64,000 bases of DNA from Phyllosticta citribraziliensis (lineage: Eukaryota): assembly GCF_038025025.1 (NCBI RefSeq), contig NW_027117340.1, positions 2,046,001-2,110,000 of the forward strand, given 5' to 3'. Under the pieces are notes generated by a model. The model saw only the letters and a list, made by a program, of their open reading frames with translations, was not told the DNA's origin and searched no databases. Shown in pieces: positions 1-13,943 of the stretch (position 1 is its first letter; each line of letters opens with the position of its first letter). A program made the position numbers and the translations under genes.

Positions 1-839
1 CTTTTCGCCAGTCGCATCTGTCGTCTCGGTGACAGTGATGGTGGCCTTCCATACCTTCTTTTCGGGCTTTTGGCGGGTCGTGGGGGATGCGGCATCGGCC
101 TCGGCGGTGGCGGCGGCTCCTTTCGATGCGTTTTGGGTCCTGGTCTGCGGAGCAGGTGGTGGCGGTGGGTTGAATGGTCGCATCTGAGCCAGGGCCTCGT
201 TCAGAGAAAACTGACGTTGGCCATCAAGGTGATGGACGACTCCGTCGCTCTCTGCCGAGTTTTGCAGAATCTCCGCCCTGAGCTCCGTCTCCTCCGACTC
301 TTGTGATGCGCCTTCCAGCGATTTGACGACGTTGCCCAAGGTATAAATGGTTTGTCCGTACTTGGACGCGTTGCTCGGTTTTCGAGATTCGAAAATGGCG
401 TTGAAGGATGATTCGGAGGCGGTCGTGGGTATCAAGGTGGTGACGGACATGGGGCGGTGGACGGAGAAGAAGGAGGAAAGAGCAACGTCTTTAAATCATC
501 AGCTCTGTAGCCGTCTTTGCTTTATTCGAACTCACCATTTTCCTTGAGGTAGTTGGTCGGAGGGACGTGGGGCACATTCATCTTCTTGCTCCTTCCCCGG
601 GGGGCAGCCTTCTTCTCCGTCTGCTTGGATGGCTGCGTCTGCGACGCACCTGGCCCTCTTGAGTTGTCCGGTGGGCATGATGTACTCGAGTTGCGGCGCT
701 GCTGATTGCGACGCGCGAGGAGGTGGTTTGCGGCAGCTAAGGCACTGGCTGGACGGGAGCTAATGGCGCACGATGGGGAGGAGGTGGTGGAAAGCGAAGA
801 TGCCGTGCGGGCCACACGACTCATGGAGGTTGTAAACAT
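1..839 (-). CDS. Mitochondrial small ribosomal subunit protein mS38 / Cox24-like (DUF1713 family), 5' part; runs off the left edge
   Basis: ATG at 839 gives an Arg/Ser-rich mitochondrial-type presequence (MFTTSMSRVARTASS...RRNSS). A GT-AG intron at 535-489 joins NVPHVPPTNYLKEN to DVALSSFFSVHRPMSVT, a motif I recall from Pezizomycotina DUF1713 proteins. The frame stays open to base 1. The diagnostic C-terminal domain lies outside the window. Confidence 0.6.
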
Positions 840-1357
840 GTTTGATCGGCTTGAACAGCCTGCGCGACGGTCAAGCAAGCTGGAGGTGAACGAGTGTCGT
901 GTCAGAGGCCATGGACGGGATGCGCCAGCAGATGGCGACAAGAGTCGGGCCAGTCCGGAGAGGCGCCGATCACGTGCGCAGTTGGGGAGGGACCCGACCC
1001 GACCCTTCCGGTAGCCGGTCACGCTGCAGTTCCGGTTTCTTCGACTTTGACAAAACCAAGTCGCCATCTTCGTGCGCAATAAGTAGAATAGTCTTTGGCA
1101 AGTTCCATATATCAACAATCGCCTCTGTGAATACATTGAGCCATCAATCGTCCCTACTTTGTGTATTAGGAAAAGGGCGCTATGCAGCGAGGCGCCTGCA
1201 ATGTTGCTGAAGCAAAAAACAGAAACATTTCCCAGCAACACCAAACCGAGGTATCCTTCAAATGCAGCCAAGTGGTTGAACGAGAAAAGTCAAAGGGACG
1301 TAAACGCCCTGAACAAAGCAAGAAATGAAGCCTCCCAGAACCAGCTATCGCCAACTT

Positions 1358-2657
1358 TTACAATATTAACGCGTTGAGGTTGCGCTGGACAATCATGTCT
1401 TGCACAGAAGCCATCGTCTTCTTGAGCAAGTCCGTGTCCGTTGCCGTCGTGTAATGGACGTAGAGCTCCTTCTTGGGTGCTCTCACGAGGTTCCTAAACT
1501 TGTTTGCAAAGAATTCTTGCGCCGCCTCAATGTCGTTGGGCTTGCCGTAGTAGTCGGGGAAATGTTTGTTGATTGGCGAGCTGCCCGTAAGCAGCTTCTC
1601 GCGGAAGAGGTCGACCTTGTTGAGGAAGAGGATTAGGGCGGCCTTTTCAAAGTATTTGGAGTTGGCGATCGACTCGAAGAGCATGAGCGCTTCGTGCATT
1701 TGGTTCTGTCAAGGGGGTCAGCAACAGCTCAAGGCAACCAGAATTTCGACCAAACGCACCCCATTCCTGTCTTCGACCAGCACATGGTCGTAACCGCTAA
1801 TGGCTACGAGGAACAAGACGACCTGCACATTGTCGAAGACGTGTATCCACTTCTTCCGCTCCGATCGCTGGCCGCCTACGTCGAACATGCGGTATGTGAG
1901 GTTTCCCAGGTCGAAGACGGTCTCGCTGATTCCGGTGGTTCGTAACCTCGTTCGCAAAATGTCTTGGTCGGTGGGGAGGTAATCTTTGGTGAAGAGGCGG
2001 TCGATGTCGGTGAAGTAGCTTTTCTGGTCAGTTTCAAAGCGTCCCAGGGTCGCAGCGGTGTAACACACTAGCTAAGGTTGTCATGCAGAGCATACTCGTT
2101 GCCCCTCATAATGGCCTGTTGCACGTTTTTGTCGGACCACAAGCCAACGAAGGCGTCCAAGTAGTCTCGGGGCATGACATCTTCAGGGCCAATCTCGGGT
2201 TCGCGGTTGATGAGGTCTGCGTATCTCTATCACATTGCGTCAGCAAGGCGGCTTTTTGCTTTTTGCTTTGTTTTTGCGGGAGCGAGTGCAGGGGTGCAAA
2301 CGAACCGTGGAGTCGTCGTCGGCAAAGGCGAGGCCTTGTTCTTGCATGGCGCTGAATATTATCTCAAAGGCATTGATGAGGTTGTTGAAGATGACGACGC
2401 GCCATTGCTTGCGTTCGGCTTTGGAAAAACCGCCGGCGTGGATGACTCGCATCTGCTTCAGGACAGTCGACTTGCCGCTCTCTCCGGCACCTGGGAGGAG
2501 TCAATTAGCAGACTGAAGGTCGCGCGGACGGGGCGGGTGTACCGAGAAGCAGCAGCTTGACCTCCCTCTCCTGCCTCTTCCTGTCATTGCGGAGCTGACG
2601 GTCAATCTCCTCATTCTTCCTATTGTTGGGGTCGTCTGCTTTTTTGCCAAAGCACAT
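1358..2657 (-). CDS. gna-2: Heterotrimeric G-protein alpha subunit, fungal group II (GNA-2/GanA-like), multi-exon
   Basis: MCFG N-terminus without the MGxxxS myristoylation signal. Motifs VKLLLLG|AGESGKS (P-loop split by an intron), RTTG, DVGGQRSERKKW, NKVD and TAT; C-terminus NLNALIL. Several short GT-AG introns. Confidence 0.93.
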
Positions 2658-5600
2658 GATTCCGGGTGCCATAAGCCCAAAGCACGAGCGCTTGGTTGAG
2701 GTCATTCACAACGTGGGCGGGAGGAAGGTGTTTAGAGGCGGGCTGACGGGGACCGGGAGGAATGTGCTTGCTGAGCAGCGGCGACCTTGAGGTTAGCGGG
2801 CGGCGGAACAAGAGGACCAGAGCAAGGAAGAGGGAGCACAGCAGGTCAGGTTGGTGGCTTACAGTGCAGAGCAGTACTCGTACAGTGCGAGAAGTGTTGC
2901 GGCGGATTGGCCAAACGGGCAGCAGGGCAGAAAAAGCACGCGTAGACAGCAGAGGGACCCCTACTTGTCCGTGGATTCCCAGTGTCGCAAGACGAAGCAA
3001 AATGATTCAGGGACAGGAGAGATCCCTGTGCGGGAGGCCGAGATTGAGAGTGGACCACGGTGCGCGGGGTTCAGAGCGAGCGAAGGCGTCGAGACAACAA
3101 AGAGACGGCGGAAGCAGTTGACAATGACAATGGACAGATGGCTGCAAAGGGGGGACGAGGAGGATAATTTTTTGGAGTAACGGTAGGACATGATGTAACG
3201 GAGAGTTAGGCAAGGGGCCAGGGCGACGGACAAACAGATGGAGTCTGGTGCACGCGCTCTCTGCACTCACTCCACGGCAGTCCCCACGCCCACGCGCTGC
3301 ACTGCAACGGAAGCCAGGCGCAGGTGCAGGAGAAGCGAGAAGGAGCAGGAGCAGGAGCCGGAGCCGGTTCTGCCGCACCGCACTCACCTCCCGTCATGTT
3401 CCCAGCAGCCACGTGAAGTGAAGCTCGACCTAGGGGCCATCCTTGTATCGACCGAGCCACGCCGTCGGATACTCCATGTCTCTCTCTCTCTCTCTCAACC
3501 CAAGCCGATCACCTTCTTCACCATCAACTCTTCTGCTTCCCCCCCGAGGCTTCGTCGTCGCCGCCGCCGTGTGCCGAAATCTCTGCAAAGCTTGCGTCCT
3601 CCCCTTGCTAGTGCGACGTCAGGTACCTCGTCTGCTCTGTCTGATACTCGCCGTCCCCACTCGCACACCACCGTCCAGCCCAGACTTCGTATCTCACAAC
3701 CAAGAGCGCCCGACCATCGCCATCTTCCTTGCTCCATTTGCTCGATAGAGCCTCGGCGCCCGCGTTGCCGTCATTCTTTCTGAGTTCCACCCTATTCCAC
3801 TGCCAAATCCTCTTTCCCTCTGTGTTGAGCACGCGCATAGACCCACCGCTGGGTGACGACCGCGGCCTTGAGATTACTGCCGGACAAGAGACGGCTTCGA
3901 TATCTCCATGGACCAAAAAGCCACACAAAAGCCCCCGGACCTGCACATTACCCGTCCGCGCCTCGCTCCGAGCCCCTCCACAGCCGCACCCATCTCCAGG
4001 GCGCCATGCTGAACGCGCTACCAACTCGTTTTGTCGCCGGGCCCCCCGTCCGAATAATCCCACGTGGCCCACGGTCCGCCGGTGCACATGTCGATCACTG
4101 ACTGTGGCTGTTTGAAGCGCACCCAATTGACATGCTCCTCCGCAAAACAAGGGGCCATCATCTCCGACTCCTCAACCCCGAACCGCAACATGCCCATTGC
4201 TATTCTCCATAAAGAGGCAATCGTTGCGTGTCGTTGGTTCCGCGATCGATTGTCACGGTTGACCCAGAACTAGGAACCATGCCGAGATGCGGACCACAAG
4301 TTCTGAAGATTGGCGAAGGCAACCACGGCAACCTACAGGATACAAGTTGACGGGAGTCTTATCCATGCCAAGTCGCATTAAAAATGCAGGAGGTGATGAA
4401 CCCCATCTTGTGAAAGCAGTGGCGTTATAAGCTACGACTCTTACAAAGCCTCGACTTTGCGACGGTTGAGCGGCTTGCTCGCGCCGGCTGACAGGGATCA
4501 TGAAAGTTCCTTGTCTTATTCGCTCTGCCCTCCAAGTACAAGCATGGATGTGCTCTCCTTCAAGATGCATGAAATATGTGACTTGGCTTCAAGTACCTCC
4601 CGCCCTCTGTCTCACCATCCCTGCGCCGCGCAACCCAGGACCCGAAAGAGTTATCATTTAAGCTTTTTGCCCCTCGTGTCGAGAGCCACGACCAAATCAG
4701 ACACTTTGATAGAGTCGCGTATACGAAAACGGCGGCAGTGCAGTCTCTGCGGAAGTTGGCTCAATACCTCTCCTCTCACCTAGTATAACCCTTCCGCGCT
4801 ACGATATTTGCCTCTTCACCATCTCCTCCCGAGACTCTCCAAATCTCTCCATGTTCTAGCCCCCTCGTCCCGCCATATAACTGCCGTTTATGCAGTCTTC
4901 AGGGTCACCTAAGAGCATGCAATCCTGCACTCAAGTCTAAATTTTAGTTTCCTCTTACTTTTGCGAACGGACGCATTAATTTGGATAGCGAACACCAGTC
5001 GGCGCTGCAGCCGATTGTCAGAGCTCAAGCTCTAGCAAGAACAAGAAGATCCAAAGGGCTGAGGTTGGAACTCATTGATTGCCCGCTTGGCGGGAGACCT
5101 GATCATCTTGGTTGCAGGGAGGGATGAAATGCTTGGTGTTGGTCGCACACATCTCCGTGGCTGTTTGGGTGATAACCTCCTCCAGTTGAAAGCTATAGTT
5201 GACTGCTTAAGCTCCCCTTTTCTAATGCCCCCTTGACTGTCGCATTTCGTTCCCTTTTTCCATCTCGCGACGCACTTTCGTTTTGACAAGGTCATGTATC
5301 AGCCAGCCATCACGAAGGGACTCTCTTCGCATCGTCCGCGCACGCAACACAGCCATCAAAAGACAACAGCGAGCGCGAATTCGGCGACACGACGCATCTG
5401 GAGAGCAGTGCAATTTTGACGATGAAACTGATCGTCCCAAAATCAGGCAGGATCGGCCCGTCGCGCGCAGCAAGTTCGTGACGATCGGCGGAAGGAAGAA
5501 CGGTCCAGGTCAGCCGTTGAATACCTGGTGTTTACGGGCTTGTATCCGCCGTGACAGTGGTTGTCGAAAGAAAATAAGTCTCCCTGGGTCCACCTGCGGC

Positions 5601-6537
5601 TACGGACGACTGCCCTCTAAGCGCGACTTTTAGACTGAATGAATGCTCCTCAAGCGCAACTATAGCAGCGAACGAACGGTTCCTGAGCAACCATGGCCGC
5701 GAATGAATGCTCCCTGAGCGCACTCACGTTACCAGGTCTTATTTACTCCGACACCATGTTACTGTGTGCAAAGCGCCTTGATAAACAGCCGTGCGCTAGA
5801 TGCTCAGTGTTAATATGCAGCACTTGCGTTGTGCAACATAAGAGTGCAACTGCACGAGAGTTCTGTTATGCATAATCGTTGCATACGCCACAAACACCGC
5901 CTCTGTGTTACCAGACGGACGCACGATCGGATCGCCTCTGCAAGCTTCCGCAGAGTTCTCAAAATGAATCACAGTCTCATCGTGTCTCGCGGTGCCGGCA
6001 CCGATGCCCGAGAATTCAACTGTCGCGTTCCCATTGGTAGAAATCAACCGAGCACGATTGGATATGTTCTGAAGGAGGACTCCTCCGCTCGACGACTTTG
6101 GCGACATGAAAAGCGACCCGCCTGGCGCGCCAAACATGTGCTCCACGCGCATGAGCTTGACTCGTCTCTCAACGGCTGTCTCCCGATTCGCCCTTCGGCT
6201 CAAGGAAGCCAGACGTCCCTCGGGTATGGACCGGATCATCCGCGACGCCGTACAGGCTAGCCGCATACCGACTCCTTCGCCGGTCAGCTCCTCACGACTC
6301 CTTGACTCGCGATTTGGCGACTCAATCCAGCTCCACTGCGAAGCGATGAACCAGCGCCCTGGCAGCATCGTGGCCCTTGAGCAGACCTGTGCACGGCACT
6401 AGCACCAACTCGGAGAAACTGACGTCGCCATCATCCTCAGCATGTTTGGGTTCAACGCCGAGGGGAGCTCTTCGTCGCTGCGTCTGAGGACGACGGTTGG
6501 CGAGAGCATCACTTTGCCCAGCTGGCGTCGATTGCTC

Positions 6538-7956
6538 ATGGAACCGACAGAATCACAGCCGCTGCTCGACCCGCGCAAGGCGGCGGCCGACTTTGCACCT
6601 GGTACGCCAAGCTACCGCAGTCGTTAGCCGTTTCGGCACCAGCAACACTTGTTCTCCTCCCACCGGCCGTCATGGCCACGACGTCTTCCCAGCCATCTTG
6701 ATAATCTGCGTCCCAATGCCAACAGTTTGCTGATGGATGTCTCTCTCCCAAGCCGACTTCGCCCTCGCCCGCCGCGACAAGCATGGCCGCAAAGTGCCAC
6801 AAGCCATCGCCCACCGCGGCTACAAGGCCAAGTTCCCAGAAAACAGCATGGCCGCGTTTGTAGGCGCGGTTGAGGCGGGCGCGCAGGCACTCGAGACGGA
6901 CGTGCACCTATCCAAGGACGGCGTCGTCGTGCTGTCCCACGATCCCTCGCTCCAGCGCTGCTTCGGCAAGAAAGAGAAGATTATCGACTGCGGTTGGGAC
7001 TACCTGGAGACGCTCCGCACGGTGGCTGAGCCACATGTGCCGCTGCCTCGTCTGCGCGATCTGCTGAAATACTTGACGACGGAGGGGCTGGAGGATATTT
7101 GGATTTTGCTTGATATCAAGGTGTGTAGCAAAGGCATTGCCCGTGCTACTCCAGCCCCAGAAGGCAGTGAATATCAGTGCATGTGCTCACAAACACCTCC
7201 TGCAGCGCGACAACAACCTCGACGACGTCTTCCGCCTCATGGCCGCCGAGATCGCGTCAGTCCCGCCCTCGCCCACCGGCAAACCTTGGACTGAGCGCAT
7301 AGTTCTCGGCATCTGGGCCGTAAGCGCAAATTCCCCATTGCATACTCATCCTCCCACCCAAACTGACCAAACGCCAGGCAAACTACCTCCCCTTCGCCAG
7401 CAAACACCTCCCGCACTACCCGCAAACCTACATCTCCTTCTCGCTGCCCTGCGCCAACAAGTTCCTGCACTCGCTCCCGCACATCTCCTTCAACCTGTAC
7501 GCGCCCACCCTCGTCGGACCGTTCGGCTCACGATTCCGCTCCCAGGCGCGCCGCCAGCGCCGCCCCGTCTTCGACTGGACCGTGAACAAGGAGGCCCTCA
7601 TGCGCTGGAGCGTGGCGCACGGGCTGGACGGCGTGGTGACGGACGAGGTGGAGCGGTTCCTGGCGGTGCGGGAGAGGTGGAGCGGGCAGCAGCAGCTCCC
7701 CTCGGCAGTGGAGGGCAACGGCGACGAGAGGGAGAGCGGCGGTGCTGGCGCGAAGAAGAGCAAGGATGTGCCGCCCAACGAGATTTGGGACTGGTCTGGC
7801 TGGAGTTGGGCGCAGCTGCTTGACCTGGCGCAATTGCAGGTCATCGTGCTGCTTTTGACGCCCGTCATTTGGTGGTGGCAGCGTCCGTGGGGCGCGCTGA
7901 ATCAGTTGGACCGCATTGGTGCTAGTGCACAGAGGGACCGGCGGCGGAGTGAGTAG
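6538..7956 (+). CDS. Glycerophosphodiester phosphodiesterase, Pgc1-like phosphatidylglycerol phospholipase C
   Basis: AIAHRGYKAKFPENS, ALETDVHLSKDGVVVLSHD, LDIK, WTVN and DGVVTD GDPD motifs, with a C-terminal hydrophobic anchor. Introns at about 6602-6752, 7121-7205 and 7320-7377. Confidence 0.85.
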
Positions 7957-8367
7957 AGGGTTATGTAGCGAGCGGGAAGGTTGGTCGGTCAATGTCTCTC
8001 AGCAACACAAAATCTACGCTGTATTTGCAGACGCGTGAAACACTCAACAGTACATACAGACGGGCTAAAAACGCACACGCAGCGACCCCTTGTACCCCTA
8101 TAAGCCCCATGAATGCTGCCTCCGGATCAGATACCCACCTTGCTTAGCAACCCATTTCGCAACAGATGCAGCCACCCTCGCGTATAACTTTATACCAACT
8201 ACAAGCGCTTGACTTGGGAAGACTGATCCTTTACGCGCCACGTAGAGAATCAAGGTTGAATGAAAAGAACGGACGAAGCAACGATGATGAAAATGAAGGC
8301 TGGATATGCACAGAAAAGACAGACGTGTGTTCCGACTTCAAAAGACGTCGCTGGCGACGTGCTCGGC

Positions 8368-9775
8368 TCACAGCTTGATGACGTATTTACCGCTGACCTG
8401 GGAAAGAATGGTCAGCATGCAAGATCAATGCGCAGCGTTGTCCTGTCCAACCCAGGTGTGGTAAATCTACTCACTTTGCCTTGCGCCGTCTCGCGACAAA
8501 TGCGGTTCAAGTCATCCAACTTGGCAGCCAATGTTGAAGGCTTGACGAGGCCCCTCTCCACAAACTCAATAGCCTCGAGCAAGTCCGTGTGTGTACCCGT
8601 GCAGCTGCCGATGATGCGGTAGCCAAAGTCGATCAACTGAAGCGGGTGGAAGCTCATGGGCTGGTCGGGTGGTGGGATGCCAATGCCGACCAGAGTTCCA
8701 AACGGCGCAAGCATGTTCAGCGACGTGTTGTATGCCGCGCCGCTGCCTGCGGCGACGAGCACGGCTGCGGCGCCTTTGCCTTGGGTGGTTGCGGCTTTGA
8801 CGGCGGCGGCTGCGTCGCGCTCGCTGGCCACATTCACATAGGTCTCAGCTCCCAAATCTAGGCAGAATTGCCGCTTGGGCTCGCCCGCGTCGACGGCGAT
8901 GACTCGAAAGCCCATGGCTTTAGCGTACTGAATGCTCAGCGCGCCCACCCCGCCGCCGGCTCCAGAAATGGCTACAAACTGGCCGGGCGTCGCGCCCGAG
9001 TTTTTGAGCGCCTTGTACGAAGTGATGCCACCACATAGGATGGGAGCAAGGACCTCGTCGGGCAGGCCCTCTGGCAACGGCATCAAGTACCGCGCCGGCG
9101 CAATGGTGTACTGCGCAAAGGTGCCGTCAAACTTGCGGCCAGAGTGTAGCTGCTTCAGACAGCGCGGGTTTTCTGCACCGTTGGCGTGCAGGCAAACGGC
9201 GCAGCGCCCGCAGACGTCGCGGATCCACGCGATGCCGACGCGCTGTCCGAGGGGTATGTCGTTCGTGTTTAGTGAACTTCCGACTTTTACGACGCGCCCG
9301 ATCCCCTCGTGACCAAGAACACGGCGAATGGGCCCGAGCCGTCCGGTTGCGAGGGCAAAGTCTGTCCCGCAGATGCCGGTGACGGAGAGTTGGACGAGGA
9401 CGTCATTGGGCCCGAGTTGTGGAAGAGGGACGTCTTGGATCTCAAAGCGCGGGTTGTCGGACTTTTCCTACTGAGGAGTGAGTCTTGATCCCATAGCCAT
9501 TGAGAAGGTATGAGATGTTGAAGGCAGAGAGTTAGAAGCAAAAGGAGAAGTGGTGTTTCGAACATCGGGCGCATGTGTGAGATCATAATCGCCCAGAAAC
9601 CCGATGACAAAGGGGCGTGCGCTGTTAGCCATGTGGTGGATCGACAGGCACAGTGGAATTGATGGAGCAGGAAACCATGCTGAGTGGCACAGAACCACAT
9701 GAAACAATGGGGACGGCGCGAGAGAGGGCATACCACGACGACAGCGGCGCGCTGGTGCGACGGAAGGTTGCTCAT
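8368..9775 (-). CDS. Zinc-dependent alcohol dehydrogenase (MDR, propanol-preferring type)
   Basis: GICGTD, LGHEGIG, structural Zn Cys cluster, PILCGGIT and Rossmann GAGGGVG. First intron about 9733-9469; last intron about 8474-8398; TGA at 8370-8368. Confidence 0.9.
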
Positions 9776-10324
9776 GTTCCTGGCTCTTTTCTTCTCTGGT
9801 GGTACCACAGATGAATGGAAATGCGGTTGAGCTCGAACCAGCGATTTAGGCTGAAGAGGAGGGAGAACAGGAGAACAGGAGGGAGAAGGATTGGGGTTGC
9901 GAGGTGCTCTCATAGACCGCTAGCTGGCCCCAAAAAGCACAGAAAGAGTGGGAGGACGCGACAGGGGGAAAATCCGGGGGCTGACAAGGTCTGGCAGCCC
10001 AAGGCTATCTGGCAGCAGTTGCAGATACATCATTGGTCGTCGAGGGCCATGTCGAGAGCTTGGAGTCGGCAGTTGTGGGGTAGCATCGTGGGGCCCCACA
10101 CAGGCAGATGCTATGCTGTACGAGATTTTGGACTGCCATGATCCGAAGTCGCAGCCGTATACGGTTGGCAGGGGAAGCGCTGGGGTGTCTGGTCTTGAAG
10201 CTACATGTAAAGAGACGTCTCGAATGCGGGGGAGCAGGCAGTCGGCCTCCGATCCGCTCCGGAGCTTTTCCGCGGCGGGGCTCTCAATAGGTACTACCAG
10301 CTACCGCATCCAAGAAAAGTCCAT

Positions 10325-10330
10325 TGACTC
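10325..10330 (+). promoter_or_regulatory. Putative Gcn4/CpcA (cross-pathway control) element TGACTC upstream of trpC
   Basis: TTGACTC about 65 bp before the trpC ATG. Amino-acid biosynthesis genes are known Gcn4/Cpc1 targets. This is a single short motif. Confidence 0.35.
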
Positions 10331-10392
10331 GGGCACTTTCTTCTCCAAACCACAAACTCCCTCCGCCCCGTCGCACTTTGGAGACCGACACA

Positions 10393-12772
10393 ATGACGGC
10401 TCCCGACCTCATCGACCACTCCCCGCACCATCCTGCTGCGTCGCCGCCGCTCGAGTCTGCCCGCAATCTCGTCCTGATCGACAACTATGACTCTTTCACC
10501 TGGAACGTCTACCAATACCTTGTGCTCGAGGGCGCCAACGTCACCGTCTTCCGCAACGACGAAATCACCCTCGACGACCTCATTGCCAAGAATCCTACAC
10601 AATTGGTCATCAGCCCGGGTCCGGGTCACCCAGAGACCGACTCGGGCGTGAGTAGAGACGCCATTCGGCACTTCGCGGGAAAGGTGCCAGTGCTTGGTGT
10701 GTGCATGGGAGAGTAGGTGCCTGCAGCCACGGCGCAGGGCGCAAGCTACTGCTAACCTTGACGTACTCAGGCAATGCATCTACGAGGTCTTTGGAGGTCG
10801 CGTCGACGTGACGGGAGAGATTCTCCACGGCAAGACCTCCCCCTTGAGGCACGATGGCAAAGGCGTCTACGCCAATGTTCCCCAGGACGTTCCCGTGACC
10901 CGCTACCACTCGCTGGCTGGGACGCACCCGACTCTCCCGGAATGCTTGGAGGTCTCTTCCTGGATCGCGACCGGCCCCGACGGCGGCAAAGGCATCATCA
11001 TGGGCGTGAGGCACAAGGAATATGTGGTTGAGGGCGTTCAGTTTCATCCGGAAAGCATTCTGACGGCCGACGGCCGTTTGATGGTGCAAAACTTCTTGAA
11101 GATGCAGGGCGGCACTTGGGCGGAGAATGAGAAGCCTTCCAAGACTGCCACGTCTACTGCGGATGGCGCGCAAGGCCCTAAAGACGCTGCGCCAGTTGAC
11201 AAGAAGACTTCGATACTCGAGAAGATTTACGCGCGTCGCCGGGAGCTGGTCACCGCCCAGAAGCAGGTTCCGTCGCAAAGACCCGTGGACCTCCAGGCTG
11301 CTTATGACATGGACATTGCCCCTCCGCTGGTCTCATTCCCTGATCGCCTCAAGCAGTCCCCCTACCCATTGTCGTTGATGGCTGAGATTAAGAGGGCCTC
11401 TCCCTCAAAGGGAATAATTTCCCTTTCTACTTGTGCCCCGGCCCAGGCGCGCACCTATGCGCTCGCGGGCGCCAGCGTCATTTCTGTGCTGACGGAGCCT
11501 GATTGGTTCAAGGGAAGCCTGGACGACCTGAAGTATGTGCGCCAAGCTCTGGAGGGCATGCCCAACCGACCAGCAATTCTGCGCAAGGAGTTTATCTTTG
11601 AAGAGTATCAGATCCTGGAGGCCAGACTTGCGGGTGCGGACACCGTCCTTCTAATTGTCAAGATGTTGGATGAGGCGACCCTCAAGAAGCTGTACTTGTA
11701 CTCCCAGTCCCTTGGAATGGAGCCGCTGGTCGAGGTGAACACTGTCGAGGAGATGCACATCGCCGTCGGCCTCGGTTCCAAGGTCATCGGCGTCAACAAC
11801 CGCAATTTGACCAACTTCGAGGTCGACTTGGAGACTACCAGCAGGTTGATGAGTATCGTGCCAAAGGAAACAACTGTTTGCGCGTTGAGCGGTATCTCTG
11901 GGCCAAAGGATGTTGAACCTTACAAGAACAACGGCGTTGGAGCCGTCCTCGTTGGTGAGGCGTTAATGAGAGCCAAGGAGACGGCGCTATTCATCTCTCA
12001 ACTGCTGGGAGGCTCTGAGGACACCGTCAGAACAACCAGCAAGGGTGCTCCGCTCGTGAAGATTTGCGGCACACGCTCTGCTGAAGCTGCCAAGGTTGCC
12101 ATAGAATCCGGTGCTGACCTCGTCGGCATCATTCTCGTTGAAGGCCGCACACGATGCGTAAACAGGGAGACGGCTCTCGAAATCTCCGCCGTTGTTCACA
12201 ACACGCCCAAAGTGCGCAAAACAAGCACTTCAAGTAGCGACTCTTCCAGCATCCCCAATGCCGCCTGCGAACACTTTGCCCACACAGCAAAGCACCACCT
12301 CTCCCGCTCCGACCGCACACTTCTCGTCGGCGTCTTCCGCAACCAACCGCTCGACTACGTGCTTAAGCAGCAGCAGCTACTCAATCTCGACATTGTCCAG
12401 CTCCATGGCTCAGAGCCCGTTGAATGGGCCTCTTTGATTCCCGTTCCGGTGATCCACGCCTTCAAGCCCGGCGAGCCAGGTCTTGCGCGCCGCGGCTACC
12501 ACGCAATTTCTCTGCTCGATTCGGGCGCCGGCGGCTCGGGGCAGACGCTGGATTTGACCCAAGTCAAGGACGCATTGGAGAAGGACCAGACTTTGAGAGT
12601 CTTATTGGCAGGCGGTCTGGGCCCTGAAAATGTGAGGGATGTGCTGGAAGGGCTTGGGAGTCTGAAAGAGAGGGTTGTTGGTGTTGATGTCAGTAGTGGC
12701 GTTGAAGTCGATGGGAAACAAGACTTGGACAAGATCAGGAAGTTTGTGACGGCTGCGAAGGAGGTGGCGTAG
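10393..12772 (+). CDS. trpC: Multifunctional tryptophan biosynthesis protein (anthranilate synthase component II + IGPS + PRAI)
   Basis: [24 protein letters not shown](E|Q)C and GVQFHPES (glutamine amidotransferase). [11 protein letters not shown] and LRKEFI (IGPS). VKICG, QLHG and LAGGL...VDVSSGVE (PRAI). Intron 10713-10770. Confidence 0.97.
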
Positions 12773-13238
12773 AGCGAACGAGGAAGAGAGAATTGATTTC
12801 GACGAATAGAAACCCAAAAGGATTTTGCTAGACCTCGATCTCTGGATAGATGAGAAGTTAGAGCTTCATGATTTCAACACCTAGTCATACCTAAATTGGT
12901 CCTATCTTGAGATGAGAGTGCAAGGCTGGATAGAATCGACAGTCAAACCGCCCAGACAAGGGCAAGAATACCACAACAATCAACCTGCCAAATGTTGATG
13001 TATCGTCCAGACGAATGTCTTTATTAAGTCTACACGATTCGTAGAAATGAGCATCGGCAAATTAGGTATTTCGGTGCAGCTGCTGGTATTTGCTTGTCAC
13101 AAGGACACCGCCAGTAGCCCTGTCTCGCTCCACTTTGTGGTATCCGGAAAAGGTACTGTGCTGTAAGCATCGATGACGGCCTCCAACCCTACTGAACATC
13201 CAAAACTCCAAGCCTTTTTTTTTTTTTTTTTTCCTGCC

Positions 13239-13943
13239 CTAAAAAAGAGTATATCCATTCCACAGCGCATAACCTGCAACTGCTACCATGCTGACCATTG
13301 CCCAATAGACCTGCATCTCAACGACGCACCAAATCCACAGCGTACCGACAGGCGGCGCCTGCTTCATGACAGCAAAATAGCCGTACGTATTCCCAATATA
13401 CAACGAGTAGCAGCCCGCTGCAATGCTGGCCCCAAAGAATATGACCTCGCGCACAATGCCCAGCTTTTTTGCCGTCTGCGTGTGGAATAGGTAGACGACG
13501 AGCCACAGGATGGGGAAGACGGGCAGGCTTTGCTGAAAGACCTCGCCCCAAACTATCTCCTCGCGGTATTGATGGTGGCACAGCACGGCGAACGTGAAAT
13601 GCGTCACGCCGAGAGAAAAGGCGTACAGCACTGCTTCGGCGGCGGGGCCAAAGTCCAGATCGTCGTTTGGGCTCATGGGCCATTCGACTTCCTCGCCTTC
13701 GAGGCTCTCGATGGGCTTGCCGTTGAGCTGCTTCATTCGCTCTTCGGCAATGTCGAGCAGTGTTTTCGATTGCCGCTTCGTGAAGTCCGGGACTGCCATG
13801 GGAATGTCCAGATGCGATTGGTCCAGGTGTTGCCGTGTTGATGTCGAGGTGCCGGAGCTGCTGGCGCTGGGTTTCTCGCCGTTTGCGCGGGCCGCGGCGC
13901 GGCGCTCTTTGCGGTTGCGGGGTTGATTCGTCTCGTCGGCCAT
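13239..13943 (-). CDS. Conserved fungal membrane protein of unknown function (about 4 TM helices)
   Basis: MADETNQPRNRKERRAAAR N-terminus followed by hydrophobic helices including AVMKQAPPVGTLWIWCVVEM. Intronless and divergent from GPI12. Confidence 0.75.
   Translation of the reverse strand: MADETNQPRNRKERRAAARANGEKPSASSSGTSTSTRQHLDQSHLDIPMAVPDFTKRQSKTLLDIAEERMKQLNGKPIESLEGEEVEWPMSPNDDLDFGPAAEAVLYAFSLGVTHFTFAVLCHHQYREEIVWGEVFQQSLPVFPILWLVVYLFHTQTAKKLGIVREVIFFGASIAAGCYSLYIGNTYGYFAVMKQAPPVGTLWIWCVVEMQVYWAMVSMVAVAGYALWNGYTLF

Noticed and set aside
5796..6530. ORFs upstream of the GDPD gene (5796-6368 minus; 6106-6402 plus)
   Set aside because: No recognisable motifs or splice support; they cannot be distinguished from chance ORFs.
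9469..9733. Long first ADH intron as a possible TPP riboswitch or snoRNA host
   Set aside because: No TPP aptamer consensus or convincing C/D or H/ACA boxes are visible.
13215..13232. A18 tract (minus strand) just after the stop of an intronless gene, suggesting a retrocopy
   Set aside because: Homopolymers are frequent in this window, there are no flanking direct repeats, and the gene sits in a normal divergent pair with GPI12.
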